From: Narcine bancroftii
Taxonomy: Eukaryota
Assembly: GCF_036971445.1 (NCBI RefSeq)
Contig: NC_091474.1
Span: 172,856,001-172,920,000 of the forward strand
Length of the DNA stretch: 64,000 nucleotides
Direction of reading: 5' to 3'
The notes under the pieces were generated by a model that was given only the letters and a program-made list of their open reading frames with translations, was not told where the DNA came from and did no database searches. Below, one piece after another: positions 50,550-64,000 of the stretch (positions within the stretch are counted from its first letter, which is position 1; each line of letters begins with the position of its first letter). The position numbers and the translations under genes were made by a program.

Positions 50550-51790
50550 CTGGTGCCTATCTCACTGAACTCTCCTTGCAGGACCACCATACTCTTCCTA
50601 CCTATGTTAATGGTCCCTACATGGACCACAACACCCTCCCTCCTGAGAATGGCATGAACTCAATCTGAGATATCTCAGACCTTGGCACCAGGGAAGCAAC
50701 ATACCATCCGGAATACTCAATCTGTTCCATAGAACCTCTTATCTGTCCCACTAACAATGGAATCCCGTATCACTACAGGGACAAGCCACGGTGATCAGGT
50801 CTCTGGCATGGAGTCTCACCCTTCTCTTCCCTTCCCTTCTTAGCCACAGGGCCAGAGACCCCCCCCCCCAAAGTGTATCCAAAATGGTGTACTTGTTATT
50901 GAGGGGAATGGCCACAGGGGTGCCCTGCACTAACTGTCTGTTTCCTTTCCCTCTTGTGACTGTCACCCATCAACCCTCCTCCTGTCTTCTAGGTGTGATA
51001 GTGTCCCTGTAATTTCTGTCATCAGCCCCTCTGCCTCCCGAATGATCCAGAGTTCATCCAACTCCAGCTCCATTTCCTTAACGGTGTTAAGTGCTGCAAT
51101 GAAAACAAACGGGCACAAACAATGAAAGGTTGTACAACTTAAAGATTAAAACTTTTAGCTTAAAACTTGCACACCAGGTTCAGAATCCTTTCTAGCAATG
51201 TGCGCTCTGATCCAGCCCAGGGGGCAGCGTGAGGGTTTATGTGGGTTCAGTGATTGGCAGGGAGTAGGTAGAGCCAGTCTCCCACGTTACCTCCCTGCAG
51301 GTACAATAGGTTGCCCCCTGCAGTAGGCAGTGCAGGAGTATGGATAGGCGCAGCCAGTCAACAACAGTCCAGTGGTTGTATCACCACAAGAGGCCCATCA
51401 GGAGCTTCAGCTGGATGCACTTCTCGCAGATAAAGTCATCAGGGATACTGCTGGCTTCCCTGATGACCCACATTTTACAGGAGGAGAATTCCCCTGCCTT
51501 GGCTACCATTCCCACTGTATATGACTAGAGGAACAAAATATTTGATAATTAAACCTTCCTGCACTGATTCCTTTTTGTGCCTTGAAAAGGGTGTCCCTTT
51601 CTTACTTCAACTCCTACTATCCCTGTTCTTGCCGAAGCCTGTTGAGCCAATGCCTTACCACTTTGACTCAATCTGCTCCTTCAACGACCGCTCCAATACT
51701 CAGCTTCTTCCTCCAATCAGCTTCTAGTTGATGCCTTGGCCCTTTTTAAATTCTGTCACCGTTCCTCAGGTTACTTGACCTCTCTTGCCC
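50550..51790 (-). mobile_element. CR1 5' region / ORF1 relic (zinc finger and SGNH esterase), interrupted by a solo LTR
   Basis: Minus strand reads SCKMW, PDDFICEKCIQ, TPVAIPLNNKY, VCCFPGA and VVHVGTINIG. Confidence 0.8.
51085..51388 (-). mobile_element. Solo LTR related to the LTR of Gypsy C
   Basis: Minus strand starts tgtggtgata and contains gcctactgcagggg..tgtacctgcagg, as in the 56286 LTR. TSD not convincing. Confidence 0.65.
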
Positions 51791-51992
51791 CAATCAGCTT
51801 CTTCCTCCATGATGAAGTGACTCTGTTTCTCATTCCATATACATGGATTGATCTTCTGATTATTTCTAGCTTTTTGTGTTTTTAATTTAAATTTCTTTCT
51901 TTTCAAACTCATAGCAGCCAAACTGAGGCTACCCATAAGTTGGACGGCTAATATTCCGTCTGGGCATTCTTGAACTCAACAGCAGTAAGATC

Positions 51993-54900
51993 AACTCTCT
52001 GTACCTGCAGGAAGACCACCTAAGGGGCTGACTCCACCTGGCCTGCTGTCAATCAGCTGACCTGAATATCAACCTGAGCTGGCCCCTCCTGAGCCAGTCA
52101 AATGGGGAGCCACCAAGCCTTGGACTAGTGTTCAGAGTTTTACTGGAATAAAGCCTGTTGTACAGTCTTTAAGTTTTGTGCTTGCTTGCTGCTACCTCAG
52201 CACACCAGAATTTATTCCAGTAAAAATTTTTAAAGAGGGACCATGGAGACGATCTGGAGCCTGGAGATCGACCCCCAACACCCAGATGCCCAGGCATACT
52301 TTAAGATCTGGAAGCACGCGATCGAGGTGATCATCCTAACACAAGCTGAGGCGATCAACACCAACCAGAAACGGCACATGATGCTCCACAATAAGCTGGG
52401 CCCACGAGTTTTCCAGGCCATCAAGAACTGCTCGGACTACAGACCTGCGATGGCTGTACTAGAGAGCATGTACAAGCATCCAACAAATGTGATCTGTGCC
52501 CCGTACCTGCTCAGCACCCAGGTGAGACGGCAGATGCCTATTTGGGGGACCTGCGTGAGCTAGTCTGCCCGTGCCGAACCAAGACTGGAGTGACCCAAGG
52601 GGAAGTGGAGCAACTGATCTGGGATGCCTGCATGTGAGGGCTGCGCTTGAGGAGCGCCCGACAGCAGCTGCTGGAGGAAAGTATGGCCTCACTTACAAGG
52701 ACAATGGAGGTAGTACGCTCCCTGGAGGCTGCAGCTGATCATCATGCCGAGGTCTTTAATGCCCAACTCCCCCAACCCCAGGCCTGGCAGATGGAAATGA
52801 CCGCCGTCGCCAAAGGGTTCTACATGGAAGAGACGATCACAGCTGTCGGTGCAGCTTGCCCCTGCAAGTACTGTGGGTCCTGGAATGTGTCCAACAGGCG
52901 ATCCCACAAATGCTGTCCAGCAAGGAACTTGCCTTGTTCCCAATGGAGGAAGAAAGGCCACATCACAAAGGTGTGCCTTTCCAGGCCCGTTGGAAGTGCA
53001 GCGACCCTCTGCAACCAACTGGGAGCTCTCCCAAACATTGCCACGTGTGAGGACTGGGTAACGCCATTATTCACCCCTCCACTTCCACCCTCACCACTGA
53101 TGTCACTTCCAGCCCAGCCACTGACCCACACAGCTGAAGTGTGCTCACCCCAGGCACCACCATTTTCCTCCCGACAACTTCCACTGCATCGAAGACGTCA
53201 CTTCCACTCGCTCGGATGACATCATCTCTAGCTTCATTGCTGGTCGGTCACCCAACTGCACCAATGCCATGTGCATCCACTGGGCACCGCCATCTTGAGC
53301 CAGCTAGCTCCTGACAGCCACAACACGCTCACATCGCCTATCCAACTCACCCCACACCCTGAAAGGAAGCCGCTGGACGCTACTCGCCACACATCCATCG
53401 GGCAGCAGTGACTCAGTCCCTGAGATGGTCCTAGCGTCCCCTTAAAAGGGGACATTCCCCATGGACTTGGGTGCTCAATGATGGGCATTGCTGTTAATGG
53501 GAAGGTAACAAAATGGCTGTTCAATAGCGGTAGTACTGAGAGCTTAATGAACTAGAATGTTGCCTGGACATTAAAAATCTATCCCACAAACTTTTCCATT
53601 GCTTTCGCAGCCCATGACCACTCCATCATGGCCCTCAGGCGCTGCTCAGTGGAATTGACAGTGGGGGGGAGGTCATACCAAGGGTTCATACTCTTGGTCA
53701 TGCCCCAGCTCTGTGCCCCAGTCCTCTTAGGGCTGGACTTCCAGTGCAACCTCCAAAGTCACATCCTCACCTTTGGCTGCCTCCTTCCCCTACTCGCACT
53801 CCACAGCACACAGCCCTGTGACTGCCCCCAGTTCACCTGCGGCCTCTCCATACTACGGGTAACCCCTTCAGCCCTCTTCAACTGCCTTACATCGTACTAC
53901 AAGCCCATAGCTGCCAAGAGCAAGCGCTAATGCGCGGCCAACATGGCCTTCATTAAGAAGAAGTGAGGCAGCTTCTGGCGGAAGGTATCATACAGCCCAG
54001 CACCAGTCCCTGGAGAGCCCAAGTCCTAGTGGTAAAAGGGAGTAGCAAACCAAGGATGGTCATCGATTATAGCCAGACCATAAACTGGTAACAGCCAACT
54101 GGACGCCTACCCCTACAGCTGACATGGTCTTCTCGACAATTGACTTAAAGCCGACCTGCAGGCCTATCCACGCCCAGGATAAACTTTGAGGCATATGGGT
54201 GCCTCTACCAGTTCTGCCAGGTCATGTTTGGGGTCACTAACGGGGTCTCTGTTTTCCAGCGGGAGATGGACTGCATGGCAGGCCAGCAAAACCTAATAGC
54301 AACCCTCCCTTACTTGGGCAATTCCACCATCTGCAGCCATGACCAGCAGGTCCACGATGACAACCTGGATTGATTTCTCTGGACGGCCAAGGAGCTGAAC
54401 CTCACTTACAACAAAGAGAAGTGCATGTTCAGCACCACCCGCCTCTCCATTCTAGGGTACCTCGTGGAACATGGTATCATCGGTCCTGATCCAGAACGCA
54501 TGCAGCCATTAATGAAACTGCCCCCCCCCCCTATATGATCAATGTCCTCTGCAGGTGCCTTGCGCTTTTCTCCTATTACTCCCAGTGGGTCCCCCGTTTT
54601 TTGGACAAGGTCCGCTCACTGGCCCAAGCCACCACCTTTCCCCTCCCCCCTGAGGTGCAAGCAGCTTTCATTCATATCACCGATGCCACAAAGCATGCAG
54701 TGGATGAGGACACACCATTCCAGGTGGAGTGCGATGCCTGTGATGTTGCTCTCATGGCCATCCTCAACCAAGGGGGCCGACCCATGGCCTTCTTCTCCAG
54801 GTCCCTCCACGGTTCTGAGCTCAGGCACTCCACCATTGAAAAGAAGGCCCAGGCGATCAGGAAAGCAGTCCACCACTGGCACCACTATCTGGCAGACAGG

Positions 54901-56536
54901 AGGTTCACCCTCCTCACCGACCAGCTCATCTTGGCATTCATGCACTGGAGAGACAAGCTGGCCACGTTCAGCTACGACATCCAATATAGAATGGGTAAGT
55001 TCAATGACTCCTCCGATGCCCTGGCCTGGACCTGTGCCACTGTGCAGTCCAACCAACTGCAGGCGCTGCATGACACTTTTTTAATCACCCGGGTGTCATG
55101 CGTCTCTACCATTTTATCAAGTCCCAGAACCTCCCCTTCACCGTCCAAAAGTCTGGACCATGACTGAGGGATGCAGGGTCTGTGCGGAGTGCAAGCTTTG
55201 CTTCTTCTGCCCGCCACAGGCCCATGTCGCCAAGGCCACTCGGCCCTTTGAATGGCTTAGGATTGACTTCAAGGGGCTCCTGCCTACCATGAGCAAGAAC
55301 ATCTACTTCCTCATGGTCGTAGACGAATACTCCCTTTTTCCCTTCACCATCCCTTGCCCTGACACCTCCACAGCCACCGTTATCAGGGTATTAACACAGA
55401 TCTTTACCATGTTCGGATAACCGGCATTCATCCATAGTGATTGGGGGTCCGTTTTCATGAGTGAGGAGCTGCGCCAGTACCTGGCAGTGCGAGGAATTGC
55501 AGCTAGTCGCACGAGGGGCAACGGGCACAAAAACAGGGTGATCTGGAAGGCAGTCCTCCTGGTCCTGAGATCCAGAGTCTGGTCCGTTGACTACTGGCAA
55601 GAGGCCCTCCCTGAGGTTCTCCATGCCATTAAGTCACTCTTGTGCACAGCTACTAATCAAACCCCTCACGAGAGCCTTTTCTCGTTCCCAAGGAAATCGG
55701 TGACTGGGGTCTCCCTCCCAGCTTGGTTCACATCTCCAGGACAGGTACTCCTCCGCAAACACGTGCGAGCCCACAAGTACGACCCGCTGGACAAGCAGGT
55801 GCTCCTCCTCCACACCAATCAGAACTACACCTACGGCAGTTATCCCAGTGACCGTGAAAACACCATCTTGACCATGGATCTGGCACCAGAAGGGGCCCCA
55901 CCCCCTCCCCCCCAGCATCACAACTATCTGGCCAAATCTCCACACCATGGGTACCCTTGGCCCATCCAGGATTTGAGGGCTGACCTCGTCCCTCCGCCCC
56001 TCCAGAGGGCCCCACTCCTAGTGGACCAGACCCACCTGGCCACCCCACCGCGGACAGACATATGGATAGACACTATGCTGCCCACACCAATGCCCGGGCT
56101 ATGCTGGATCCAGTCAACCCTCAGGCAACCATGCCCTCGCCGACCATTGACCAGGAGCCAACCCTGTGACGGTCCCAGAGACTCCGACAGCTGCCAGGCC
56201 GCCTGAATCTATAAATACCACCCAGCACTGTTTTACACATTCCCCTCCCCCCCTACCCTGGACTTAATTTTAAGAAGGGGGTGAATGTGGTGATATGACC
56301 ACCAGCCTACTGCAGGGGGCAATCTCTGTATCTGCAGGAAGACCACCTAAGGGGTTGACTCCACCTGGCCAGCTGTCAATCAGCTGACCTGAATATACAC
56401 CTGAGCCGGCCCCTCCTGAGCCAGTCAAACGGGAAGCCACCAAGGCATGAACTGGTGTTTAGACCTTTACTGAAATATAGCCTGTTGAAAAGTCTTTTGA
56501 GTTTGTGCTTGCTTACTGCTGCCTCAGCGCACCACA
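51993..56536 (+). mobile_element. Gypsy element C (no tRNA PBS), 5' LTR truncated at its 5' end
   Basis: LTRs ~51993-52209 and 56286-56536. Domains: gag (LEIDPQHPDA, CKYCG), PR (PVLLGLDFQ), RT (MVIDYSQTIN, YLGN), RH (EKKAQAI..HWHHYL) and IN (DFKGLLP, VDEYS). PPT gaagggggtgaa. Confidence 0.9.
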
Positions 56537-57206
56537 CCCTTTACTTGCTATAGATACTACATGACTTGCCTAGTTTCTCTTGCACTTTTACATATTGAAT
56601 TCAGCCCAGCATCTCCTGACTTTCTTGTTTAAGTGGAAAACCCCAAACCCTGATACTGTTAACCAGCAGTTAATTTAATTCAGAAAGCCCTCAAGGTTTC
56701 ACACACAAAAAAAATTGACACATAAAATGCATATATTTCATTAAAAAACGTTTGAAAAATGACTTTATTTCTTGTGCAGGGTAATAAAAATATATTTCAA
56801 GGAATTGCCAAAATTTTAACTCTGAATTATTTGTGTGCTTATTTTATCATTTAGTAGCTTCATGATGAGTGGAGTGTACAAGCACTGTGAGTTGGTCTAG
56901 ACAGAGATAAAGAACAAGTTCCTCATTTAGATTAGCCTATTTCTGAATGATTATCAAAACAGGAAAAAGATGGTGTAGAATGAGAAACCTCATAAGGCTG
57001 CACCTCCTACAGAGTGACCCCAACCTATGACTGATGGAAAACTAAAGTTCAGGCTCATTGTGAAATATGCAATCTTAGAGTTGATTCCATACAACTTCAG
57101 GGTGCAGATTGACTCATGCCATAATTTTTTCATTCAAGTTGGCGTAATAGGCGAGAATACCACTGGAAGCCATGTTAACAAATTCAAAATTCATTTATTG
57201 TGATGT

Positions 57207-59628
57207 TGTAGCGGCTGCTACCACTGGAGAGGTTATGCACACTGCAGGAGTGAATTCAACACTGCTTTATTGCGCTGGCAGCTCTGGTTATAAAGGGCTC
57301 AGAAGCCCATCACTGACTTCATCACCACTCCAAACTGGTAGCATTACGATTCACTTCCTGGGATCGGTCCTTTAGTGCTACCCAGGGAGCGGCCAATCAG
57401 TGAGTCCCTCACATCCCCGGGTATGACTCTTTCTCTAGCTCCACCTGATTGGCTGCCACTGGCTAGCCCATCGGAGTGGGGTGCTGCAGCCCGTGTGCTG
57501 CTCAGTTGAGTGTCAACTTTGAAGACTGTAGCCCGTCTTGGCCAGCTGTGCAGGCTGCGGGATCCTGGTGTTGCCTCTTCGGGCATGGCACCTTCAGCGG
57601 CCCGCTGAATGACCCCCCCCCCCAAGAATCGGTGCTAGGTGAGGCCTTGTGCTTGGGAGGTCTACCCCTTCGGCATGGGATTGGGTCAGGGATCAGGTGG
57701 TCAGAGTCAAAGAATGCTGGCTTGAGCCAGTCCAGGGTGAAAATCCCATTTCTCCCCCCCAATATCCAAAAGACATGTTGACCTGTTGTGTCATATTACC
57801 TTGTATTGACCTAGGCCTCTGTAGTGGGGGTCTGGGTGTCCCGCATCTGACAAAAACATATTTACAAGTCATAAGTTCTTTATGTACAAATGTCGTCCAT
57901 GACCCGTGCTGCTTTGGCTGTGTCAGGGTGAGTGTTCTCAGGCAGTTCTGCAGGCGGATCAAGGCAGCCTCAGGGAAATCATCCCCAGTGTCTCTGGTGG
58001 CCAGAACTCCCGCAGAATTACTAATGGTGCGTCGTACACCATTTTGGCTGCAGAAACCTCTAGGTCCTCTTTAGGAGTGGCCCGGATCCCCAGGAGTACC
58101 CATGGGAGCTCATCCACCTAGTTAGGGCCATTGGGTCTGGCCATGAGAGCTGCTTTAAAGTGTCAATGGAATCGCTCTATCAAATTATTGGTCTGAGGGT
58201 GGTAAGCCATGGTATGGTGGAGCTGAGTACCCAGAGCATTAGTGAGATTAGACCAGAGGCCAGAGGTAAATTGGGAGCCCCTGTCCGAGGTTATGTGCTC
58301 TGGAACCCCGAACCTAACCACCCAGTTGTGCACATTTCCATAGAGGTCTCTGGCAATGGGATGGCTTCCGGCCATCTGGTCGACCTGTCTACTAGGGTCA
58401 GTAAGTAGCGTGCGCTTCTGGATATTGGTAGGGAGTCAACCAGATCCACGTGGATGTGGCTGAAACAGTGTTGTGGTGGTTGAAATGACTGTGGGGGGCT
58501 TTAGTGGGGGTATGGATTTTCAAGGCCTGGCTGACCTCTTTGCGGAAGCCATGCCAGACAAATTGACTAGCAACCATTTTAACAGTCATTTTGATAGCGG
58601 TGTGTGCCAAGTTGTGTATAGCCTCAAAAATGCGCCTCCTCCAGGTAGTGGGAATGATTAGACGAGGCTTACCCGAAGACGTGTCGCACAGGACAGTCTG
58701 CTTCCCAGGACCAATCTGTACGTCCTCCAACTGGTGGCTGGTAATTGCAGTGTGATATGCGTCAATGTCCTTGTCCACTGCCTGTACTTCAGCCAGAGCC
58801 TTATAGTCAATGCTAGATGTAGAGATGTATACCGCCTGTATCATAGGACGTGACAGGGCATCGGCCACCACGTTGGATTTTCCTGCAATGTGCTGAATGT
58901 CAGTAGAAAGTTCTGAAATATATGAAATGTGCCTCTGTTCCCTGGCTGACCATGGGTCGGAAGCCTTAGTGAAGGCGAAGGTGATGGGCTTGTGGTCTGT
59001 AAACATTTGGATCTTCCTGCCCTCAAAGAAGTATTTAAGATGTCTGATTGCCAGGTACAATGCCAGGAGTTCTCTACCAAAAACATTATATTTCAGGTGC
59101 CCGCAAATGTCTACTGAAAAAGGCAAGAGGTCGCCAGTGTCCACTCACCCACTGTTCTAAGACTCCCCTATTGCTGTATCAGAAGCGTCCACTATGAGAG
59201 AGGTGGGGGCATCAGCTTTAGGATGTATCAGGAGGGCGGCGTTATCCAGGGTGTCTTTTGTTGCCTGGAACACATCGGATGCCTCTTGGTTCCTCAAAAT
59301 CGTCTTCTTCGTACCAGTCATGAGGCAGAATAAAGGTTTCATGGTACGAGCCACCCCTGGCAAGAATCTGTGGTAAAAATTCACCATGCCAATGAATTCT
59401 TGTAGTCCACTTACTGTTGTAGGCTTGGGAAATGCCCGAATGGCCTCTGCCTTGTTGAATAGTGGTTTAGACCCATGGCAGTTGATCCTGTGACCTAAAA
59501 AGTCAATCGAGTCTTTGCCAAACTGGCATTTTGCTGGATTAATTGTCAGGCCAAACTCACTCAACCTGTGGCACACTGTCTTATGTGAGTGGCGTGTTCG
59601 ACACGATCACGGCTTGCAATCAGAATGT
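57207..59628 (-). mobile_element. Gypsy element (same clade as 7852-12155), 3' half, cut off by the L1
   Basis: Minus strand reads GLTINPAKCQFG, LQEFIGMVNFYHRF, TDHKPI and ITSDRGSQFTS; G-run PPT at 57613-57623; LTR ends gtagcagccgctaca at 57207. Confidence 0.88.
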
Positions 59629-62600
59629 CTTTTTTTTTGATTTTTTATTTTTCACACCATAAACCACATTGACCAAGATACATACATTTTCCTTTTCAAA
59701 TATATACAGTGTCATTTTCTCCCCCCCCGTCCCTCCTCCCATCCCACCCTCCCAACCAACCCCCCCATTCATTTAAAGTACAAAATCTAAGACACATTAA
59801 ACCAGTCAAACAATGTTGTCATTCAATAAAAATAAACAAGAAATTCCACTAAGTCAATTCTTTTCATTTCCTTCTCCTTTTGTTCATTTAGGTGGTAAAT
59901 GTCCCCGGTAGGTTTTCTCTATTGTGTTTCATGTATGGCTCCCATATTTGTTCAAATATTTCAATATTATTTCTTAAATTATATGTTATTTTTTCTAATG
60001 TAATGTATAGCCTGTGTATCCAGTTATATTGTATCATACGTAACCTCTTATTTATTGTATTTCTCATCGTTCCAGAGCATAACTTCTCCCATGTTTCCTT
60101 CTTTATCTTTATATTTAAATCTTGTTCCCATTTTTGTTTAGTTTTACCATTTGTTTCCTCATTCTCCTTTTCTTGCAGTTTAATATACATATTTGTTATA
60201 AATCTTTTGATTGTCATTGTATCTGTAATCACATATTCAAAGTTACTTCCCTCTGGTAACCTCAGACTACTTCCTAATTTGTCCTTCAAGTTGGATCTCA
60301 ATTGGTAATATGCCAACACTGTATCTTGAGTTATATTATATTTATCCTTCATTTGTTCAAAGGATAATAATCTATTTCCTGAAAAACAATTTTCTATTCT
60401 TTTGATCCCTTTTTCTCCCATTCTCTAAAGGAAAGGTTATCCATTATAAAAGGGAGTAACTGATTTTGCGTCATTATTAGTTTTGGTAATTGGTAATTTG
60501 TTTTATTCCTTTCTACATGAATCTTCTTCCAAATATTGAGCAGATGATGTAGTACTGGAGAACTCCTACGTTGTACCAATTTTTCATCCCATTTATATAA
60601 TATGTGTTCAGGTATCTTTTCCCCTATTTTATCTAGTTCTAATCTAGTCCAATCTGGCTTTTCCCTTGTTTGATAAAAATCTGATAGGTATCTTAATCGT
60701 GCGGCTCTATAATAATTTTTAAAGTTTGGGAATTGTAAGCCTCCTTGTTTATACCATTCTGTTAATTTATCTAGTGCTATCCTCGGTTTCCCCCCTTTCC
60801 ATAAAAATTTCCTTATTATTTTCTTTAACTCCTTGAAGAATTTCTCTGTCAAGTGTATTGGCAATGCCTGAAATAGCTATAGTATCCTTGGGAAAATGTT
60901 AATTTTAATACAGTTTATCCTTCCTATTAGTGTTAGTGGTAAATCTTTCCAATGCTCTAAATCGCCCTGTAATTTTTTCATTAGTGGATAATAATTGAGT
61001 TTATATAGATGGCCGAGATTTTTATTTATTTGTATACCTAGGTATCTTATTGCTTGCATTTACCATCTGAATGGTGATTCTTTCTTAAATTTTGAGAAAT
61101 CCGCATTATTCATTGGCATTGCTTCACTTTTATTTACGTTAATCTTGTAACCCGACACTTCTCCATATTCCTTCAATTTCTTATATAATTCTTTTATTGA
61201 TATTTCTGGTTCTGTTAAGTATACTATAACATCATCCGCAAATAAACTGATTTTATATTCCTTGTCTTTTATTTTTATCTCTTTTATATTATTTTCTGTT
61301 CTTATCAATTCTGCTAGTGGTTCTATAGCTAACGCGAATAATAAGGGTGATAGTGGGCATCCCTGCCTTGTTGATCTGCTTAAATTAAATTGCTTTGATA
61401 TATATCCATTTACTGTCACTTTCACCAATGGCCCCTTAATCCAATTAATATACTTCTCTGGTAAACTGAATTTTTGCAATACTTTGAGTAAATAATTCCA
61501 TTCTACTCTGTCAAAGGCCTTCTCTGTGTCTAAAGCAACTGCTACTGTTGGCGCTTTACTCCCTTCTACTGTATGAATTAAGTTAATAAATTTACAAATA
61601 TTGTCTGTTGTCCGTCTTTTTTTAATAAATCCAGTTTGGTCTAGACTTACCATTTTAGGTACATAATCTGCTAATCTGTTTGCTAATAGTTTAGCTATCA
61701 TCTTATAATCTGTGTTAAGTAATGATATTGGTCTGTATGACGCTGGTGCGAGTGGATCTTTCCCTTGCTTTGGTATTACTGTAATTATTGCTGTTTTACA
61801 TGAATCTGGTAAGCTTTGTGTTTTGTCAATCTGGTTGATTACTTCCAGGAGGGGAGGAATTAATAAATCTTTAAATGTTTCATAGAATTCTATTGGGAAT
61901 CCATCCTCTCCTGGTGTTTTATTATTTGGTAGTTTTTTTATTATCTCTTGTATTTCTACTATTTCAAATGGTTCTGTTAATTTATTTTGTTCCTCTATTT
62001 GTAATTTTGATAGTTCAATTTTAGTTAAAAATTCATCTATTTTGCCTTCTTTCCCTTCGTTTTCAGTTTGGTATAATTGTTCATAGAATTCTCTAAAGTT
62101 TTCATTAATCTCCGTTGGATTATATGTGATTTGTTTGTCTTTTTTCCTTGATGCCAATAACATTTTCTTAGCTTGTTCTGTCTTAAGCTGCCATGCTAGA
62201 ATTTTATGCGTTTTTTCCCTAGTTCATAATATTTCTGTTTTGTCTTCATTATGTTCTTCTCCACCTTATATGTTTGTAGTGTTTCATATTTTATTTTTTT
62301 ATCTGCCAATTCTCTTCTTTCAGTTGTATCTTCCTTCATTGCTAATTCTTTTTCTATATTTACTATTTCCCTTTCCAACTGCTCTGTTTCCTGATTGTAG
62401 TCCTTCTTCATCTTGGTTACATAACTTATTATTTGCCCTCTAATGAACGCTTTCATTGCATCCCATAGTATAAACTTATCTTTCACTGATTCTGTATTTA
62501 TTTCAAAGTACATTTTAATTTGTCTTTCAATGAATTCTCTAAAATCCTGCCTTTTAAGTAGCATGGAGTTTAATCTCCATCTATACATTCTTGGAGGGAT

Positions 62601-64000
62601 GTCCTCTAACTCTATTGTCAATATAAAGGGTGAATGGTCTGATAATATTCTAGCTTTATATTCTGTTTTTCTTACTCTATCTTGCATACGAGCTGATAAC
62701 AGAAATAGGTCTATTCTTGAGTATGTTTTATGTCTACCCGAATAATATGAATATTCCTTTTCCTTTGGGTGTTGTTTCCTCCATATATCCAAAAGTTGCA
62801 TTTCTTGCATCGATTTAATTATAAATTTGGTTACTTTGTTCTTTCTGTTAATTTTTTTCCCAGTTTTATCCATATTTGAATCCAAATTAAGGTTGAAATC
62901 CCCTCCTATTAATATGTTCCCTTGCGTATCTGCTATTTTCAAAAAAATATCTTGCATAAACTTTTGATCTTCTTCGTTAGGTGAATATACATTGAGTAGA
63001 TTCCAAAACTCCGAATATATCTTACATTTTATCATTACATATCTCCCTGCTGGATCTATTATTTCCTCTTCTATTTTAATTGGTATATTTTTACTGATTA
63101 ATATAGCTACTCCTCTTGCTTTTGAATTATACGACGCTGCTGTTACATGTCCTACCCAATCTCTCTTTAATTTCTTGTGCTCCAATTCAGTTAAATGTGT
63201 TTCTTGCACAAATACTATATCATTTTTTTATTTTTTCAGTAAATTTAGCAGTTTCTTCCTTTTGATTTGGTTATGTATTCCGTTAATATTTAAAGTCATA
63301 TAGTTCAACGTAGCCATTTCATACTTTGTTTATCTTCCCTTTCCGTTTCTCCATCATCACCTTTCCTTCTTATCCATTTCTGCTTTCTTGTTTTGAACAC
63401 TTTATAAGACAACATTTCTAAAACATCAAACATTTTCCTTATTCTCCTATTTAAAACTTCTTTAACCCCATTCTCCCCTCCCCCTCCTGAGTTGCCCTTT
63501 ATCCCTTGCCGGGCAACCACATCCATTTGGATTTGCGAATTCACTCGCAAGCGTCAACTGATTTTGCAGTGACCGTAACTCCTCCCCACCCAGCACCCCC
63601 CTGAAAAGATTTCAATTTTCATATATAACAAAGGTCATTCTTTTAATTCCCTCCTTATTCCCTCTATTCCCTTTCATTCCCTTATTAATTCTTATCTATA
63701 CTCTATATATTTTCCTCTAAATACGGATACACTCATGTATACACATATATACATACACATCTATATATATACACACATACATATCGTTCGTGGTCATTTT
63801 TACTCTCATTACATGTCTTCATCTCTCTGCTTGTTTTGTAGTTGTTCTGCAAATTTTCGTGCTTCCTCTGGATCCGAGAATAGTCTGTTTTGTTGCCCTG
63901 GAATAACTATTTTAAGTACCGCTGGGTACTTTAACATAAATTTATATCCTTTTTTCCATAAGATCGTTTTTGCTGTATTGAACTCCTTCCTCTTCTTCAG
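59629..64000 (-). mobile_element. Relatively young L1-clade LINE (ORF1 3' end, spacer, ORF2, 3' UTR, poly-A); continues beyond the window
   Basis: ORF2 starts at ATG 63317 (MATLNYMTLNING), then QETHL, GGDFN, SDHSP, YRPISLLNTDYK, RQGCPLSPLLF and SLFADD, to the stop at 59888; several frameshifts and stops; T-run at 59629. Confidence 0.95.
59888..63317 (-). pseudogene. L1 ORF2 (APE endonuclease and reverse transcriptase), disrupted
   Basis: ORF pieces 62196-63209, 61060-62163, 60877-61059, 60394-60864 and 59888-60421. The C-terminal Cys-rich segment present in the 36-37 kb copy is deleted here. Confidence 0.9.

Overview
Eukaryotic, repeat-saturated genomic DNA. The mix of CR1, L1, RTE and Rex1/Babar LINEs and a Penelope-type terminus suggests a vertebrate, probably a cartilaginous fish (inference). 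No host protein-coding gene can be confidently called, and almost every listed ORF is a broken transposon frame or its antisense. The window holds two nested transposon stacks: an L1 at ~4.8-19.8 kb carrying a Gypsy, a hAT (itself holding a MITE and an L1 tail) and a CR1; and an old CR1 at ~21.4-29 kb carrying a non-autonomous LTR element (itself holding a Gypsy), an RTE and a MITE. Several more Gypsy and LINE copies follow. Most notable: three distinct, related Gypsy elements (21834-24172, 33936-39613, ~51993-56536) have no tRNA primer-binding site. Instead, one base after the 5' LTR, each carries a perfect 14-15 nt reverse complement of its own LTR poly(A)-signal region. The sequence differs between the three elements but the pairing is preserved, which points to self-priming and/or masking of the 5' poly(A) site. 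The two copies that retain RT have Asn at the last position of the YxDD motif (YLDN, YLGN). Also present: a perfect 104-bp palindrome and a decayed hammerhead ribozyme motif.
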